Positions 1 to 9,008 of a stretch of 64,000 nt of DNA are shown in pieces. The notes beneath the pieces were generated by a model. It searched no databases, was not told the origin of the DNA, and was given only the letters and a program-made list of their open reading frames with translations. Where the stretch lies: contig OZ244717.1 in NCBI GenBank assembly GCA_965218975.1, forward strand, positions 234,205-298,204. Reading direction: 5' to 3'. Both the position numbers and the translations under genes were made by a program. This DNA comes from Candidatus Oxydemutatoraceae bacterium. Lineage in GTDB: Bacteria > Pseudomonadota > Gammaproteobacteria > Poriferisulfidales > Oxydemutatoraceae. The number at the start of each line of letters is the position of its first letter. Positions within the stretch are counted from its first letter, which is position 1.

Positions 1-217
1 CGATCACAATAATCCTTTCAACCTCTTCCGAGTGTACCGAAAAAGACACCGCAGAAAAAACGACAGCCAGCCCTGTCGTCAGGGTCCGCAGAAAAATTGA
101 CCTGCCACCCCCGTCACTACCTCCCATAACAGCTGTTCCTCTCCTTAATTATATTGTTAGTTGGGCATCCATTTGGCGGAGCGGACGAGGACGAATAATA
201 CCGTATGCTCATCCTGA

Positions 218-1096
218 CTAGTTGTTTCGTTCGAGCAGTTGCGCCACAGCGTGATGTCCCGCCGCGGCAGCCAGCTCAACGGCGGTTTTCCCGCTACGGT
301 CCTTAACGCTCGGGTCTGCCCTGTGCGCCAACAATAATTTCACCGTGCGCTCGGCGCCCGCCGCTGCGGCGAACATCAATGCACTGCGTCCGCGATTATC
401 CTGCAAATCCGGAACCGCACCGTTTCCCAGCAACGCCTGCGCGCACTCGGCCTGATCGTAAGCCGCGGCCCACATTAACAACGTCGTATCATTCCGATAA
501 CGCCGATTCAAATCGGGTATCTTTGCAAACAACAGACCAAATATGTCCATGTTGCACTGAGCGGCGGCATAAACAAGTGCCGATTTCCCGGTATCGTCTG
601 TCGCATCAACCGGCACGCCGTGACTTAGCAACAATTTAACCAACCCGATGTTTTGGTTATAGACAGCAACGGCAATCGGCGTCATTTTTTGAAGCGTCGC
701 ATGTTTCGGGTCGGCACCCATATCAATCAGCCAAGCGGCCATTTCCAAATGGCCATTTTTAACCGCACCGAACAATGCGGTTTCCCGGTTAACATTCGGC
801 CGGTCAAGTTTTGCCCCTTGTTTCAGCAACATCTTCGCAAGCGCCAGATGTCCGCCGCGCGCCGCATAAATTAAAGCAGTGTTGCCAAAACGGTTGCGCG
901 CCTCAACCGATGCGCCCTGTTCAAGCAACTGTTGTGCTCGCGGCAGGTCCCCTCCCTTTGCCGCGTCAAATAATGCAAAGTTCAGCTGCCGTTGTTCATC
1001 TGCTTGAGTCATGCATGTCGCAAACAAACAGTATACTGATAACAAGATTCGCACGGATAAAAATGCGGCAGGTTTAATGGAATGGCTGTACATCAT
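218..1096 (-). CDS. Secreted ankyrin-repeat protein. It has an N-terminal hydrophobic signal sequence and at least five ANK repeats.
   Basis: Repeated ANK consensus motifs (G-TALIYAARGGHLALAKMLLKQGA, ETALFGAVKNGHLEMAAWLIDMGAD, KSALVYAAAQCN, TTLLMWAAAYDQAECAQALLGNGA, RSALMFAAAAGAERTVKLLLAHRAD, KTAVELAAAAGHHAVAQLL). The N-terminus MMYSHSIKPAAFLSVRILLSVYCLFATC looks like a signal peptide. Confidence 0.7.
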   Translation of the reverse strand: MMYSHSIKPAAFLSVRILLSVYCLFATCMTQADEQRQLNFALFDAAKGGDLPRAQQLLEQGASVEARNRFGNTALIYAARGGHLALAKMLLKQGAKLDRPNVNRETALFGAVKNGHLEMAAWLIDMGADPKHATLQKMTPIAVAVYNQNIGLVKLLLSHGVPVDATDDTGKSALVYAAAQCNMDIFGLLFAKIPDLNRRYRNDTTLLMWAAAYDQAECAQALLGNGAVPDLQDNRGRSALMFAAAAGAERTVKLLLAHRADPSVKDRSGKTAVELAAAAGHHAVAQLLERNN

Positions 1097-1099
1097 TGT

Positions 1100-2086
1100 T
1101 TACGGTGCTTCCAACATAGTTTTCACGTGGATGGTTGCGGCGGCAGCCAAGCCCGGCAGGCTGTACCCGCCTTCCAGCAATGAAACCATACAGCCGTCGC
1201 AATACTCATCGGCAAACCCCTGCACGATGCGGGTCAACCTGGCAAAACCGTCATCCGTTACACTGAAGCAACCAAGTAAATCATCTTTGCGGCTGTCAAA
1301 CCCCGCGGAGATCAATATCAGGTCAGGCTTAAAACGCCGCACCGCCGGAGCCAATTTGTCATTGAACGCCGCCACGATATCGTCGTCGTTTGTATCGCAG
1401 CCAAGATGTACATTGATATTGTAGCCCACACCCCGACCGGCGCCAACTCTGGCGGGGTCGCCGCTCCTCGGATACGCATTATAGTCATGTGTTGAGAAAA
1501 AGAGCACCGATGGGTCTTCATAAAACGCCGCCTCCGTGCCGTTACCGTGATGGTAATCCCAATCCACTATCAGGATACGCTCGCGCCGATAGTGTTTCTG
1601 TGCATAACGGGCCGCAACCGCGACGTTATTGTAAAAACAAAATCCTTCTTCCTTGCCGGTATTCAATGCATGATGGCCGGGAGGTCTTGTTACACAAAAA
1701 GCACTGTTTTGATCACCGCTGCAAACCGCTCTGACAGCAGCCAGACCCGCACCGACGGCGCCTAACGCAACCTCGCCGGAACGGCCGTAATGCTGCTTGA
1801 TTTGTGCCACATGCTCGACAGTATGAATCTCTAATAATTCCGACTCAATTCCGGTCAGCAATTCCACCTTGGAAAGATTCTGCAGCAAACCGACTTTGGC
1901 GAAATTATCAACGATCGCCTGATATCGAAACGGCGACTCCGGATGCCCCGGTTGCAGCCAATGCTTAAAAAACAACGGGTCATAAACGACCCCGACTTTG
2001 CGGCGAGGTGCTGCACCGACATCCATACGGGTTGATGCAAACAAAGCCATGCTTGTTCCCATACTCAAAAACTGTCTTCGGTTCAT
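1100..2086 (-). CDS. Histone deacetylase / acetoin-utilisation (AcuC) / acetylpolyamine amidohydrolase family protein with a twin-arginine (Tat) signal peptide.
   Basis: HDAC-family signature block: FCFYNNVAVAARYA, ILIVDWDYHHGNGTE, FFSTHD, ISAGFDSRKDD, LEGGY. The N-terminus MNRRQFLSMGTSMALFASTRMDVGAA carries the Tat motif RRxFL. I chose the start at 2086 (MNRRQFL) rather than the ORF-track start at 2131. Confidence 0.7.
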   Translation of the reverse strand: MNRRQFLSMGTSMALFASTRMDVGAAPRRKVGVVYDPLFFKHWLQPGHPESPFRYQAIVDNFAKVGLLQNLSKVELLTGIESELLEIHTVEHVAQIKQHYGRSGEVALGAVGAGLAAVRAVCSGDQNSAFCVTRPPGHHALNTGKEEGFCFYNNVAVAARYAQKHYRRERILIVDWDYHHGNGTEAAFYEDPSVLFFSTHDYNAYPRSGDPARVGAGRGVGYNINVHLGCDTNDDDIVAAFNDKLAPAVRRFKPDLILISAGFDSRKDDLLGCFSVTDDGFARLTRIVQGFADEYCDGCMVSLLEGGYSLPGLAAAATIHVKTMLEAP

Positions 2087-2140
2087 TCCCAAGATTCCTA
2101 TAGAAAGGATAATGTAATACAAGCTGTACAAATTCTCAAT

Positions 2141-3110
2141 GTATTGTACGATGTATTGTACGATGCCACCCTAGTGGAATTCTTGAAGAGCTTCTAGGGA
2201 AGCGTTCGGCAGTAACATTCGGACCGGTGCTTTCTGTCCGTTGTCGGCATGAGGGCGGTGCAGGGTGAGACGCGCCCGGAAAACCGAACGGTTTTCAGCG
2301 GCAAACGACCCGACAAGGACGTCGGGCTGGTGCTCATTGACAGAACCAAGTCTCGTCATGGACGAGCAGGGTAAGACGCGCCCGGAAAACCGAACGGTTT
2401 TCAGCGGCGAACGACCCGACAAGGACGTCGGGGCTGGAGCTTGTTGACAGAACCCAATCGCGTCATGGGTGAGACGCGCCCGGAAAACCAATTGGTTTTC
2501 AGCGGTGAACGACCCGACAAGGACGTCGGGGCTGGAGCTTGTTGACAGAACCCAGTCCGTCATGGACGACAGGCACTTTGCCGACAATCCGGCACAATCC
2601 GCCGACAACCCACCAACAAACACAAAACGGTTTCACAACCGGTCATTGAATGCTTGCATATCGGTAAATAGCAGGTCTTCCGCATGATCGATACAATCTT
2701 CTTGGACCGTGCTGACAACGCACAATCGTATCCAGGGCGATGCAATGCCCAGGATTGCCGGATACTGTGCTTTGAAGTAACTCAGCTTGTACGTGCGACG
2801 ATGCTTGAACGGTCGTGCAAACTGCTCAACCCTCCCTGCCGATAGGCCAGGGGCGTCATGCATACAGGGTCGAACGACTGACCTTGAATGCGTTCGGGAG
2901 TTACAACTATCCCAAAATGAGGGCATCATATTTCTGTTGAAGCTTAGAGTGCTCATGAGCCTCCATTTTTGAAGCAAAATTGGCTCATATAGAAACCTTT
3001 GATGCGGTGGCCGATGTGCTGGTATTGCATGCCGGTCACCTTTTTATTGACGTCCAAGAATCCAGTATGTATCTGGGCACGTACACATAAGTGTATGAGT
3101 CCACCACAGC
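2141..3110 (-). mobile_element. Degenerate IS481-family element, minus orientation. Contents: a 3'-end inverted repeat with a duplicated tip (2141-2185), three internal palindromic repeat units, a transposase remnant with an internal deletion (2633-2977), a leader with RBS, and the left-end region at about 3040-3110.
   Basis: The 3' end ...HRPHADNGQKAPVRMLLPNASLEALQEFH followed by CCCTAGTGGAATTC / GGTGGCATCGTACA is the same terminus seen at 10801-10830, 16235-16262, 41680-41702 and 44960-44990. The rve C-terminal remnant VQEDCIDHAEDLLFTDMQAFNDRL matches 45266-45937. The 5' leader ...gggagttacaac...aatgagggcatcatatttctgttgaagcttagagtgctcatgagcctccat recurs at 44880-44950 and 46200-46300. Confidence 0.6.
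2265..2625 (-). repeat. Three tandem copies of a ~100-bp palindromic (REP-like) unit plus the conserved tail GCCGACAATCCGGCACAATCCGCCGACAA.
   Basis: Unit: ...GAGACGCGCCCGGAAAACCGAACGGTTTTCAGCGGCGAACGACCCGACAAGGACGTCGGGGCTGG.GCTTGTTGACAGAACC...GTCATGG. It contains two hairpins: GAAAACCG-AA-CGGTTTTC and CCCGAC-aaggac-GTCGGG. The same unit occurs at 7290-7990, 10640-10800, 41460-41600, 45060-45265 and 45820-46080. Confidence 0.8.
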
Positions 3111-3382
3111 TGCACATTAGCGTTGTTGGATGACAGCCTGAAACGGGGTTCAATCCCAGTCTTTGTGTGCGGGCATAATCCGTTGTACCGAACCAACCGG
3201 TCCGCCGGTTTTTCATTGAAACGATCAAGGTCCTCATGATAATCAACGTATTGCCTCTGAACGGTGTGATTAAACCGTGTTAGACGGGATGAGCGAAAGC
3301 AGCGCGTTTTGACAGAATGCTTGACTCTTTCTTGGGTAACATTCTTCCGGTAAAACTCCGAGTTTCGGACCTTCTATCTCTG

Positions 3383-4990
3383 CTACCGCTTCAGTAATAA
3401 CTTGCTTCGGGAAAGAAACGAGACAGTACGACTGCCAACAAGCAAGACAAGTCCTAATAACAATAGCAACCATAAATCCATGGCGCCGGAGCCTCCGCCG
3501 CCTCCACCGCCTCCGCTGCTATTGCTGTAAGCAGGACGTGCCCCATCATCGCAAACGGCAGTGTCATCAGGATAATAGTCATCGCCGTGTTCAAGAGCGC
3601 ATGCGACTCTCCCGTCTTCAAAGATTTTGCTCATCCTGGAAACCGTGCCTTCACAAGTATTAAGAATCTCATTAGTAAGCACGCCGGCAACTCGTGTGTT
3701 CTGCCTTAACCACATCGGACTCCCGGACGATCCTGACCCAGTACCCCCTGTTATATAATGGATTCCATAGTGGCTACAGTCGGAAGAGTTATTACAAGGA
3801 ACGAAAAGGCCATTTAACTCATGATGATACAACCCCACAATTTCCGCATTTAGGTAGTTTTGATCAGTACCTACCGCATGATGAAGCGTTTCAATTATTT
3901 CACCCCGAGACAAAGGAGCGAAGGTCAAACCTAATCGTGCAAATATTAAAACTGCTGTTGATTGGAACTCTAATGTATTCACTGACAGCAATGCATAATC
4001 TCCTAGCGTGTTAGCCGCAATGAATCTTGCGCCTGTCCCTCTAATCCTTTGATTAGCGGGAATGCAATCCGAAACACCGATCGTAAAAGAGATATTCACA
4101 AAAGTGCCTACCCGCATTTCAGGGCCAGTGCCACTGGCAATGCAGTGATACGCTGTCAAAAGATAAGCATGGTCATCATCGGCACCGGTGCCGGTATTCA
4201 GCAGTCCTGCAGTGCACTGCCTCCCGCTTCCTTGACCAGGGGGCGGAGTATAATTTATAAGGGCCACGCCTCTCCCTCGTTCAACTCCATCAGGAAAAGC
4301 ACACAGGTCGTTCTCAAAAGGGCAGTCGGAGTGGCTTTGCGGAACGGCAAAGGAGTGGCTATTGAGTTGCTGAATGTTACCGGCAGCATCTCTGAAGTGA
4401 TGGTCTAAATGATATATGGCAAACGGAAAAGCATCCGGGGACACAGCAGATTGAGTCCATACTTCAACAACCACTGTGTCATCCGGAATCAATGGCGACC
4501 AGAAGCCCGCGCCATCGGCCGGCCCTTTGCCGACATACTCACCGACAAAAGATGCGGGATTATCTTTCAGTCCATATACTTTTACAGACATTTCGTCATT
4601 CAGGTCAAACCCGGAAAACCATACCTTGACACCCAGCGCTTCGGGAGAATGAATGTGCAACTGCCAGATATTGAGACCATCTCGTTGTCCGACCGGATGC
4701 CAGTTGTTTTGATTAACACTTACCGCTCTGCTAATACTCGTATAGAGTTTGCGTTTATCTTGAATTAGACTGACAATTTTTCTCTCCTCATCTTCACTGA
4801 GTAAAGGCAACTCCAACCTGATGTCATCCGGGTATTTTGATGCCAGATCGCGGGCATGCTCTATCTCCTTCGGTTGCACTTCCACCTCTTCCGTTCTCAT
4901 TTCCGACATATCGGAATAAGCGATCTGAAAAAACGAAAGAATGAAAACCCCTGCCGGAATAAGCAAGGTTTTATATTTCATAGTATCCAT
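3383..4990 (-). CDS. Secreted trypsin-like (S1 family) serine peptidase with a C-terminal GlyGly-CTERM-like sorting signal.
   Basis: Signal peptide MKYKTLLIPAGVFILSFFQIAYS. The catalytic His context LLTAYHCI matches the trypsin TAAHC motif. The serine context GGTGSGSSGSPMW matches GDSGSP. The C-terminus is NSSGGGGGGGGSGAMDLWLLLLLGLVLLVGSRTVSFLSRSKLLLKR: a Gly run, then a transmembrane helix, then a basic tail. I moved the start to MDTMKYK (4990) or MKYK (4981). GGAGG lies at 4996-5000 on the minus strand. Confidence 0.6.
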   Translation of the reverse strand: MDTMKYKTLLIPAGVFILSFFQIAYSDMSEMRTEEVEVQPKEIEHARDLASKYPDDIRLELPLLSEDEERKIVSLIQDKRKLYTSISRAVSVNQNNWHPVGQRDGLNIWQLHIHSPEALGVKVWFSGFDLNDEMSVKVYGLKDNPASFVGEYVGKGPADGAGFWSPLIPDDTVVVEVWTQSAVSPDAFPFAIYHLDHHFRDAAGNIQQLNSHSFAVPQSHSDCPFENDLCAFPDGVERGRGVALINYTPPPGQGSGRQCTAGLLNTGTGADDDHAYLLTAYHCIASGTGPEMRVGTFVNISFTIGVSDCIPANQRIRGTGARFIAANTLGDYALLSVNTLEFQSTAVLIFARLGLTFAPLSRGEIIETLHHAVGTDQNYLNAEIVGLYHHELNGLFVPCNNSSDCSHYGIHYITGGTGSGSSGSPMWLRQNTRVAGVLTNEILNTCEGTVSRMSKIFEDGRVACALEHGDDYYPDDTAVCDDGARPAYSNSSGGGGGGGGSGAMDLWLLLLLGLVLLVGSRTVSFLSRSKLLLKR

Positions 4991-5415
4991 CTTAGCCTCC
5001 AAAGCACGTCGCACTTGAAAAGCGACAAAGTCGTGCGGCTGTTGAGTTTCGGGGTTGCCTGTGCCTGTGACCGGGACGCAGTGACTAGTTTATTACAAAA
5101 GAGTGATCTATAGCAACATTGATCGTCTATCATCTTCGTCCTCCTATTTAATTGGCAATGATATACTTGTTGACCCTGTATAGGTCCATAACATTTGGCA
5201 CTCCGGGTGGTGAGTCAGGAGCGATTGTATCGGGGATTGCCCCCCGTTCAAGCCGTCATTCAACAACATAGCGTGCGGTTGCAGCAGACCCATGCCTTTG
5301 TGCGACCTGCTATGCTATTATGCGTCCCGCACCTGGCTCAAACAGGGGAAGAGACTGTTCCGAAATCAAGCGGGCGCCGATAAATCGCCTGCATGAAAAA
5401 TAAAGGAGGCGCGAA

Positions 5416-6978
5416 ATGACGGTAAAGCGAACGAAGAGCAGTAAAACTGTTGAGGAAGAAACACAACCTGATTGGGAAAAGTCACCCGGGCGGGTGAGCC
5501 CAAGAGAGCGGCAACCGTTTATTACAGGCGTTGATTCTTTCGCCTTTGAAGCCCCCGTTCAAAGAGCAGGCGGTTCAACCAAGACGATGGGGCGAAAAAC
5601 GCAGCCCGCAGGAAGAATCGGAGGTTCGGAGAATATGCGCATCGCAGACGGTCGTCGTGCTGTTGATAACAGGGCTGTCAAGCGACACTCTGAACGGACC
5701 GACTCATGGCGGGCATCAATCAATCGTTTGAAGTCGGAAGCGGGCCTGCCAGATCAGGCGGCTTGTCGCGCCTCAAATGAGTTAAAGAGTCGGTCAAGCG
5801 GAAGAATTTCGGCGCTATGGTTATTATTGCTGATAGCGATCGTCGGCATCGGGCCTTGGCAATCGGGTATTTGCGATTCATTGTCCGAACCCGGTCAATC
5901 AGTCAAACAAGCGCAATGGCTGCTGAAAGAACTTGGCTACGACGTTGTGCCGGACGGTATCTTAGGCCCCCGGACGAAAGCCGTCATCCGCAATTACGAA
6001 CGCGAAAACAATATGGTTGAGACCGGGCAAGTCACTGTCGAATTAATTGCATCGCTGCAAGCAAAGCCTAAACAAAAAGGCAAAGTATTCCGGGATTGCG
6101 CGGAATGCCCGGAAATGATCGTGATTCCGGCCGGCTCATACCGGATGGGTTCGCCTGCGCATGAGGTGGGGCGCTATAGTGATGAAGGCCCGGTCCATCG
6201 CGTGACGATCGCAAAGCCGTTTGCAGTAGGACGTTATGAAGTCATGCGCGCCGAATTCGCCCATTTTGCGGATGAGGTGGGATTTTTGCAGGAGGACGAA
6301 AATTGCGATTGGTTGAATCCGCTGGAGCCGGAGTTCCGTCAAGGCGAGCGCGATCCTGTGGTATGCGTGATGGGATTTTGGCCGGAGGACGAAAATTGCG
6401 ATTGGTTGAATCCGCTGGAGCCGGAGTTCCGTCAAGGCGAGCGCGATCCTGTGGTATGCGTGGATTGGAACGACGCGCAGGCATATGCAGAGTGGCTGTC
6501 AAGGAAGACCGGAAAGGCGTACCGGCTGTTGAGTGAATCGGAATGGGAGTATGCGGCACGCGGAGGGACGAGCACGGCACGATACTGGGGGGAGCACGAG
6601 GATGAGCAGTGCCGGTATGCGAACGGGATAGATGCGGCTTATAAGAAACATAACCCTAGTTTGAAGTATCCAGTAGCTCCATGTAACGACGGCCATGTGT
6701 ATACATCTCCGGCGGGTTCGTTCTTACCGAACGAGTACGGTTTGTACGACATGCTCGGGAATGTCAATGAGTGGGTAGAAGACTGCTGGAATGATGATTA
6801 TGCCGCAGCGCCGTCCGATGGCAGTGCATGGTTGCAGGGTGATTGTTCCGCTCGTATGTTCCGCGGCGGGTCGTGGGGCGACATTCCGAGGTATCTGCGT
6901 TCTGCGATCCGCTACGCGTACACCACCGGAGACCGGGACGACTATATCGGTTTTCGAGTCGCTAGGACATTGGATTGA
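5416..6978 (+). CDS. Membrane-anchored protein with a peptidoglycan-binding domain and a formylglycine-generating-enzyme (FGE/SUMF1) domain. The N-terminal ~120 aa are disordered.
   Basis: RBS AAAGGAGGcgcgaaATG. Transmembrane segment ISALWLLLLIAIVGIGPW. PG_binding_1-like segment LLKELGYDVVPDGILGPRTKAVIRNYERENNMVETGQVT. FGE-domain blocks: GSYRMGS, VHRVTIAKPFAVGRYEVMRAEF, DAQAYAEWLSRKTGKAYRLLSESEWEYAARGG, YGLYDMLGNVNEWVEDCW, RGGSW, GFRVAR. Confidence 0.75.
   Translation: MTVKRTKSSKTVEEETQPDWEKSPGRVSPRERQPFITGVDSFAFEAPVQRAGGSTKTMGRKTQPAGRIGGSENMRIADGRRAVDNRAVKRHSERTDSWRASINRLKSEAGLPDQAACRASNELKSRSSGRISALWLLLLIAIVGIGPWQSGICDSLSEPGQSVKQAQWLLKELGYDVVPDGILGPRTKAVIRNYERENNMVETGQVTVELIASLQAKPKQKGKVFRDCAECPEMIVIPAGSYRMGSPAHEVGRYSDEGPVHRVTIAKPFAVGRYEVMRAEFAHFADEVGFLQEDENCDWLNPLEPEFRQGERDPVVCVMGFWPEDENCDWLNPLEPEFRQGERDPVVCVDWNDAQAYAEWLSRKTGKAYRLLSESEWEYAARGGTSTARYWGEHEDEQCRYANGIDAAYKKHNPSLKYPVAPCNDGHVYTSPAGSFLPNEYGLYDMLGNVNEWVEDCWNDDYAAAPSDGSAWLQGDCSARMFRGGSWGDIPRYLRSAIRYAYTTGDRDDYIGFRVARTLD
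6291..6462 (+). repeat. Perfect in-frame tandem duplication inside the FGE-domain CDS. Two identical 79-bp segments at 6291-6369 and 6384-6462 give a 93-bp (31-aa) period.
   Basis: GGAGGACGAAAATTGCGATTGGTTGAATCCGCTGGAGCCGGAGTTCCGTCAAGGCGAGCGCGATCCTGTGGTATGCGTG appears twice. The protein reads EDENCDWLNPLEPEFRQGERDPVVCV-MGFWP-EDENCDWLNPLEPEFRQGERDPVVCV. Confidence 0.9.
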
Positions 6979-7244
6979 ATCTTGAAGCTTGGTATCTTGC
7001 GATGGGTGACGGAGCCTTGCCCCGGCTGATTTCTCTGCAGCTGAGGATAGTTCGTTGAGGCAGGCTTCGTGTAGATGCGGGCATGCCTTGGCGCTGAGTA
7101 TTTTCATCTTGAGCGAGTAGTCGCATAACGCCGGATACATACGGGACTCACGGCTTAATCTAAATCGGTTTGCCGTTTCGGGGGAAACTACGGACCGGAT
7201 GTCACCGGGCGCATTCTCGGCAGCCCTAAGCTCTTCGAACCGAT

Positions 7245-7990
7245 GAAACCGTTTTGTGTTTGTTGGCGGATTGTGCCGGATTGTCGGCAAAGTGCCTGTC
7301 ATCCATGCCGCGACTAGGTTCTGTCAACAAGCCCCAGCCCCGACGTCCATGTCGGGTCGTTCGCCGCTGAAAAGCAATTGCTTTTCCGGGCGCGTCTCAC
7401 CCTGACGAGACTGGGTTCTGTCAACAAGCCCCAGCCTCGACGTCCTTGTCGGGTCGTTCACCGCTGAAAACCAATTGGTTTTCCGGGCGCGTCTCATCCA
7501 TGCCGCGACTGGGTTCTGTCAACAAGCCCCAGCCCAGACGTCCATGTCGGGTCGTTCGCCGCTGAAAAGCAATTGCTTTTCCGGGCGCGTCTCACCCTGA
7601 CGAGACTGGGTTCTGTCAACAAGCCCCAGCCTCGACGTCCTTGTCGGGTCGTTCACCGCTGAAAACCAATTGGTTTTCCGGGCGCGTCTCATCCATGCCG
7701 CGACTGGGTTCTGTCAACAAGCCCCAGCCCAGACGTCCATGTCGGGTCGTTCGCCGCTGAAAAGCAATTGCTTTTCCGGGCGCGTCTCACCCTGACGAGA
7801 CTGGGTTCTGTCAACAAGCCCCAGCCCCGACGTCCTTGTCGGGTCGTTCACCGCTGAAAACCAATTGGTTTTCCGGGCGCGTCTCACCCATAACGAGACT
7901 TGGTTCTGTCAATGAGCGCCAGCCTCGACGTCCTTATCAGGCCGTTCGCCGCTGAAAACCGATCGGTTTTCCGGGCGCGTTTCATCCCTG
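7245..7990 (+). repeat. Tandem array of palindromic REP-like units: three full 195-bp periods plus a partial one. Each period is two diverged ~97-bp half-units. The array is preceded by the conserved tail GAAACCGTTTTGTGTTTGTTGGCGGATTGTGCCGGATTGTCGGCAAAGTGCCTGTC.
   Basis: ATCCATGCCG recurs at 7301, 7496 and 7691, a 195-bp period with near-perfect identity between periods. Half-units carry the hairpins GAAAAGCAATTGCTTTTC / GAAAACCAATTGGTTTTC and CCCGACGTCC.TGTCGGG, then CCGGGCGCGTCTCA. This is the same family as 2265-2625, in the opposite orientation. Confidence 0.85.
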
Positions 7991-8250
7991 CCCGAGTGTC
8001 CGCACGATTGCGTGCCTGATCGCGGATGCGCCGAATAAAATGCGCTGTATTCCGCAGCGGCTGAATGCCAAAGGACAAACAAAACGACTGTTCAAGCACC
8101 GTTGCAGGGTACGCAAGCCGAAACACTTCAAAGCATAGTATCCGGGGCATTGCATCGCCCTGGATACGATTGTGCGTTATCAGCACGGCCGCATTCCTGC
8201 GCCTGGCAGAATTTCGGCAACAGTAAAGTCTTTGAGCTAATGAAACCATT
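7990..8250 (+). pseudogene. IS481-family transposase fragment. It covers the region homologous to ...KDFKAQYPEHCIALDTIVRYQHG...AAFLRL, has an in-frame stop and frameshifts, and ends at the junction ...TCTTTGAGCTAATGAAACCATT, where the IS1595 element is inserted.
   Basis: Translation K-H-F-K-A-stop-Y-P-G-H-C-I-A-L-D-T-I-V-R-Y-Q-H-G matches the 45266-45937 transposase. The tail matches 41420-41450. Confidence 0.6.
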
Positions 8251-8335
8251 CGTGATTGTATAGTTGACACAAGTACGAATACATGGTACCAATACTGCAC
8301 TAAAATAGTCAATGGGATAGGCCGCTTGACTACAA

Positions 8336-8695
8336 ATGCAGCACTTACTTCGCGAAATTATTATATCCGCTACTGGTTTAAGTTTTGTCTGCGGTGTTGT
8401 GTTGGGGGTGTTAGTCATGTGGCTCCCTAAATTCATTAAACGTAGACTTTTGCGTAAGAAGGTAGAAGCTGCATACTCAATGCTTAGGATGGTATGTGAG
8501 CCTAAAACTTTGAACCCTGCTCAACTTGGCAACAGAGAATACATGATTTCTGAATCCAGGGATCTTGTTAATGCAATTAGTCTTAAAAGCGCAGGTTTTC
8601 GTCCACCTCAAAAATGTGATCGTAGCGAAAAGTCTTTGAATGAATGGTTTACTTTTCTCCAAGATGTTCGAATTGAATTAGCATCTTGGTTTTGA
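8336..8695 (+). CDS. Hypothetical small membrane protein; passenger ORF 1 of the IS1595-family element.
   Basis: 119-aa ORF with one transmembrane segment (IIISATGLSFVCGVVLGVLVMWL). No family is recognisable and there is no strong RBS. Confidence 0.35.
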   Translation: MQHLLREIIISATGLSFVCGVVLGVLVMWLPKFIKRRLLRKKVEAAYSMLRMVCEPKTLNPAQLGNREYMISESRDLVNAISLKSAGFRPPQKCDRSEKSLNEWFTFLQDVRIELASWF

Positions 8696-8773
8696 TTTAT
8701 AAGGATGACTTGTTTTCCCTAATAGGATATTTAGGTACTCAGTTAATAGAAGTAAACATGAACTACAATTAAG

Positions 8774-9004
8774 ATGCATACGGGTTTGAGTGTACCAAAG
8801 GCTGATAACCAGACAATTCTAAATTGGAAGTATGATATTGAAAATGCTTCTGTGCTATATGGAACACGTATGGGTGATTTGAAAATCCGGTTAATCACTA
8901 CAAGAATGGTAACAGAGGATAGACAGGACTGGCTAACCAAGAATGACTTGTGGGATGTATTAGATTCATACAGGGGTAATCATGTGGGGGATGGGGGTAA
9001 GTAA
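8774..9004 (+). CDS. Hypothetical protein; passenger ORF 2.
   Basis: 76-aa ORF, weak RBS, no recognisable domain. Confidence 0.25.
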   Translation: MHTGLSVPKADNQTILNWKYDIENASVLYGTRMGDLKIRLITTRMVTEDRQDWLTKNDLWDVLDSYRGNHVGDGGK

Positions 9005-9008
9005 AAAA

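Noticed and set aside
2171-2623. 150-aa ORF and paired 60 to 72-aa ORFs (2265-2447, 2469-2687) with repeated MRRARKT..FSAANDPTRTSG peptides. Similar ORFs occur at 7884-8312, 10707-10901, 41339-41702, 45070-45282 and 45648-46188.
   Set aside because: They are translations of the palindromic REP-like units, the same DNA read on both strands. They have no RBS and no conservation beyond the repeat. They are not genes.
5140-5200. Candidate sigma-70 promoter (TTGACC ... TATAGG) upstream of the FGE-domain gene.
   Set aside because: Spacing between the hexamers is far from 17 bp with any reasonable -10 choice. No call can be made without TSS data.
6724-7302. 192-aa minus-strand ORF overlapping the 3' end of the FGE-domain gene and running into the repeat array.
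   Set aside because: It overlaps a well-supported CDS on the opposite strand and its remainder is repeat-encoded. It has no domain signal.
7290-7990. Possible CRISPR array (regular 195-bp periodicity with palindromic repeats).
   Set aside because: There are no unique spacers. Successive periods are near-identical throughout. The unit is the same REP-like element found dispersed inside IS481 copies. No cas genes are nearby.
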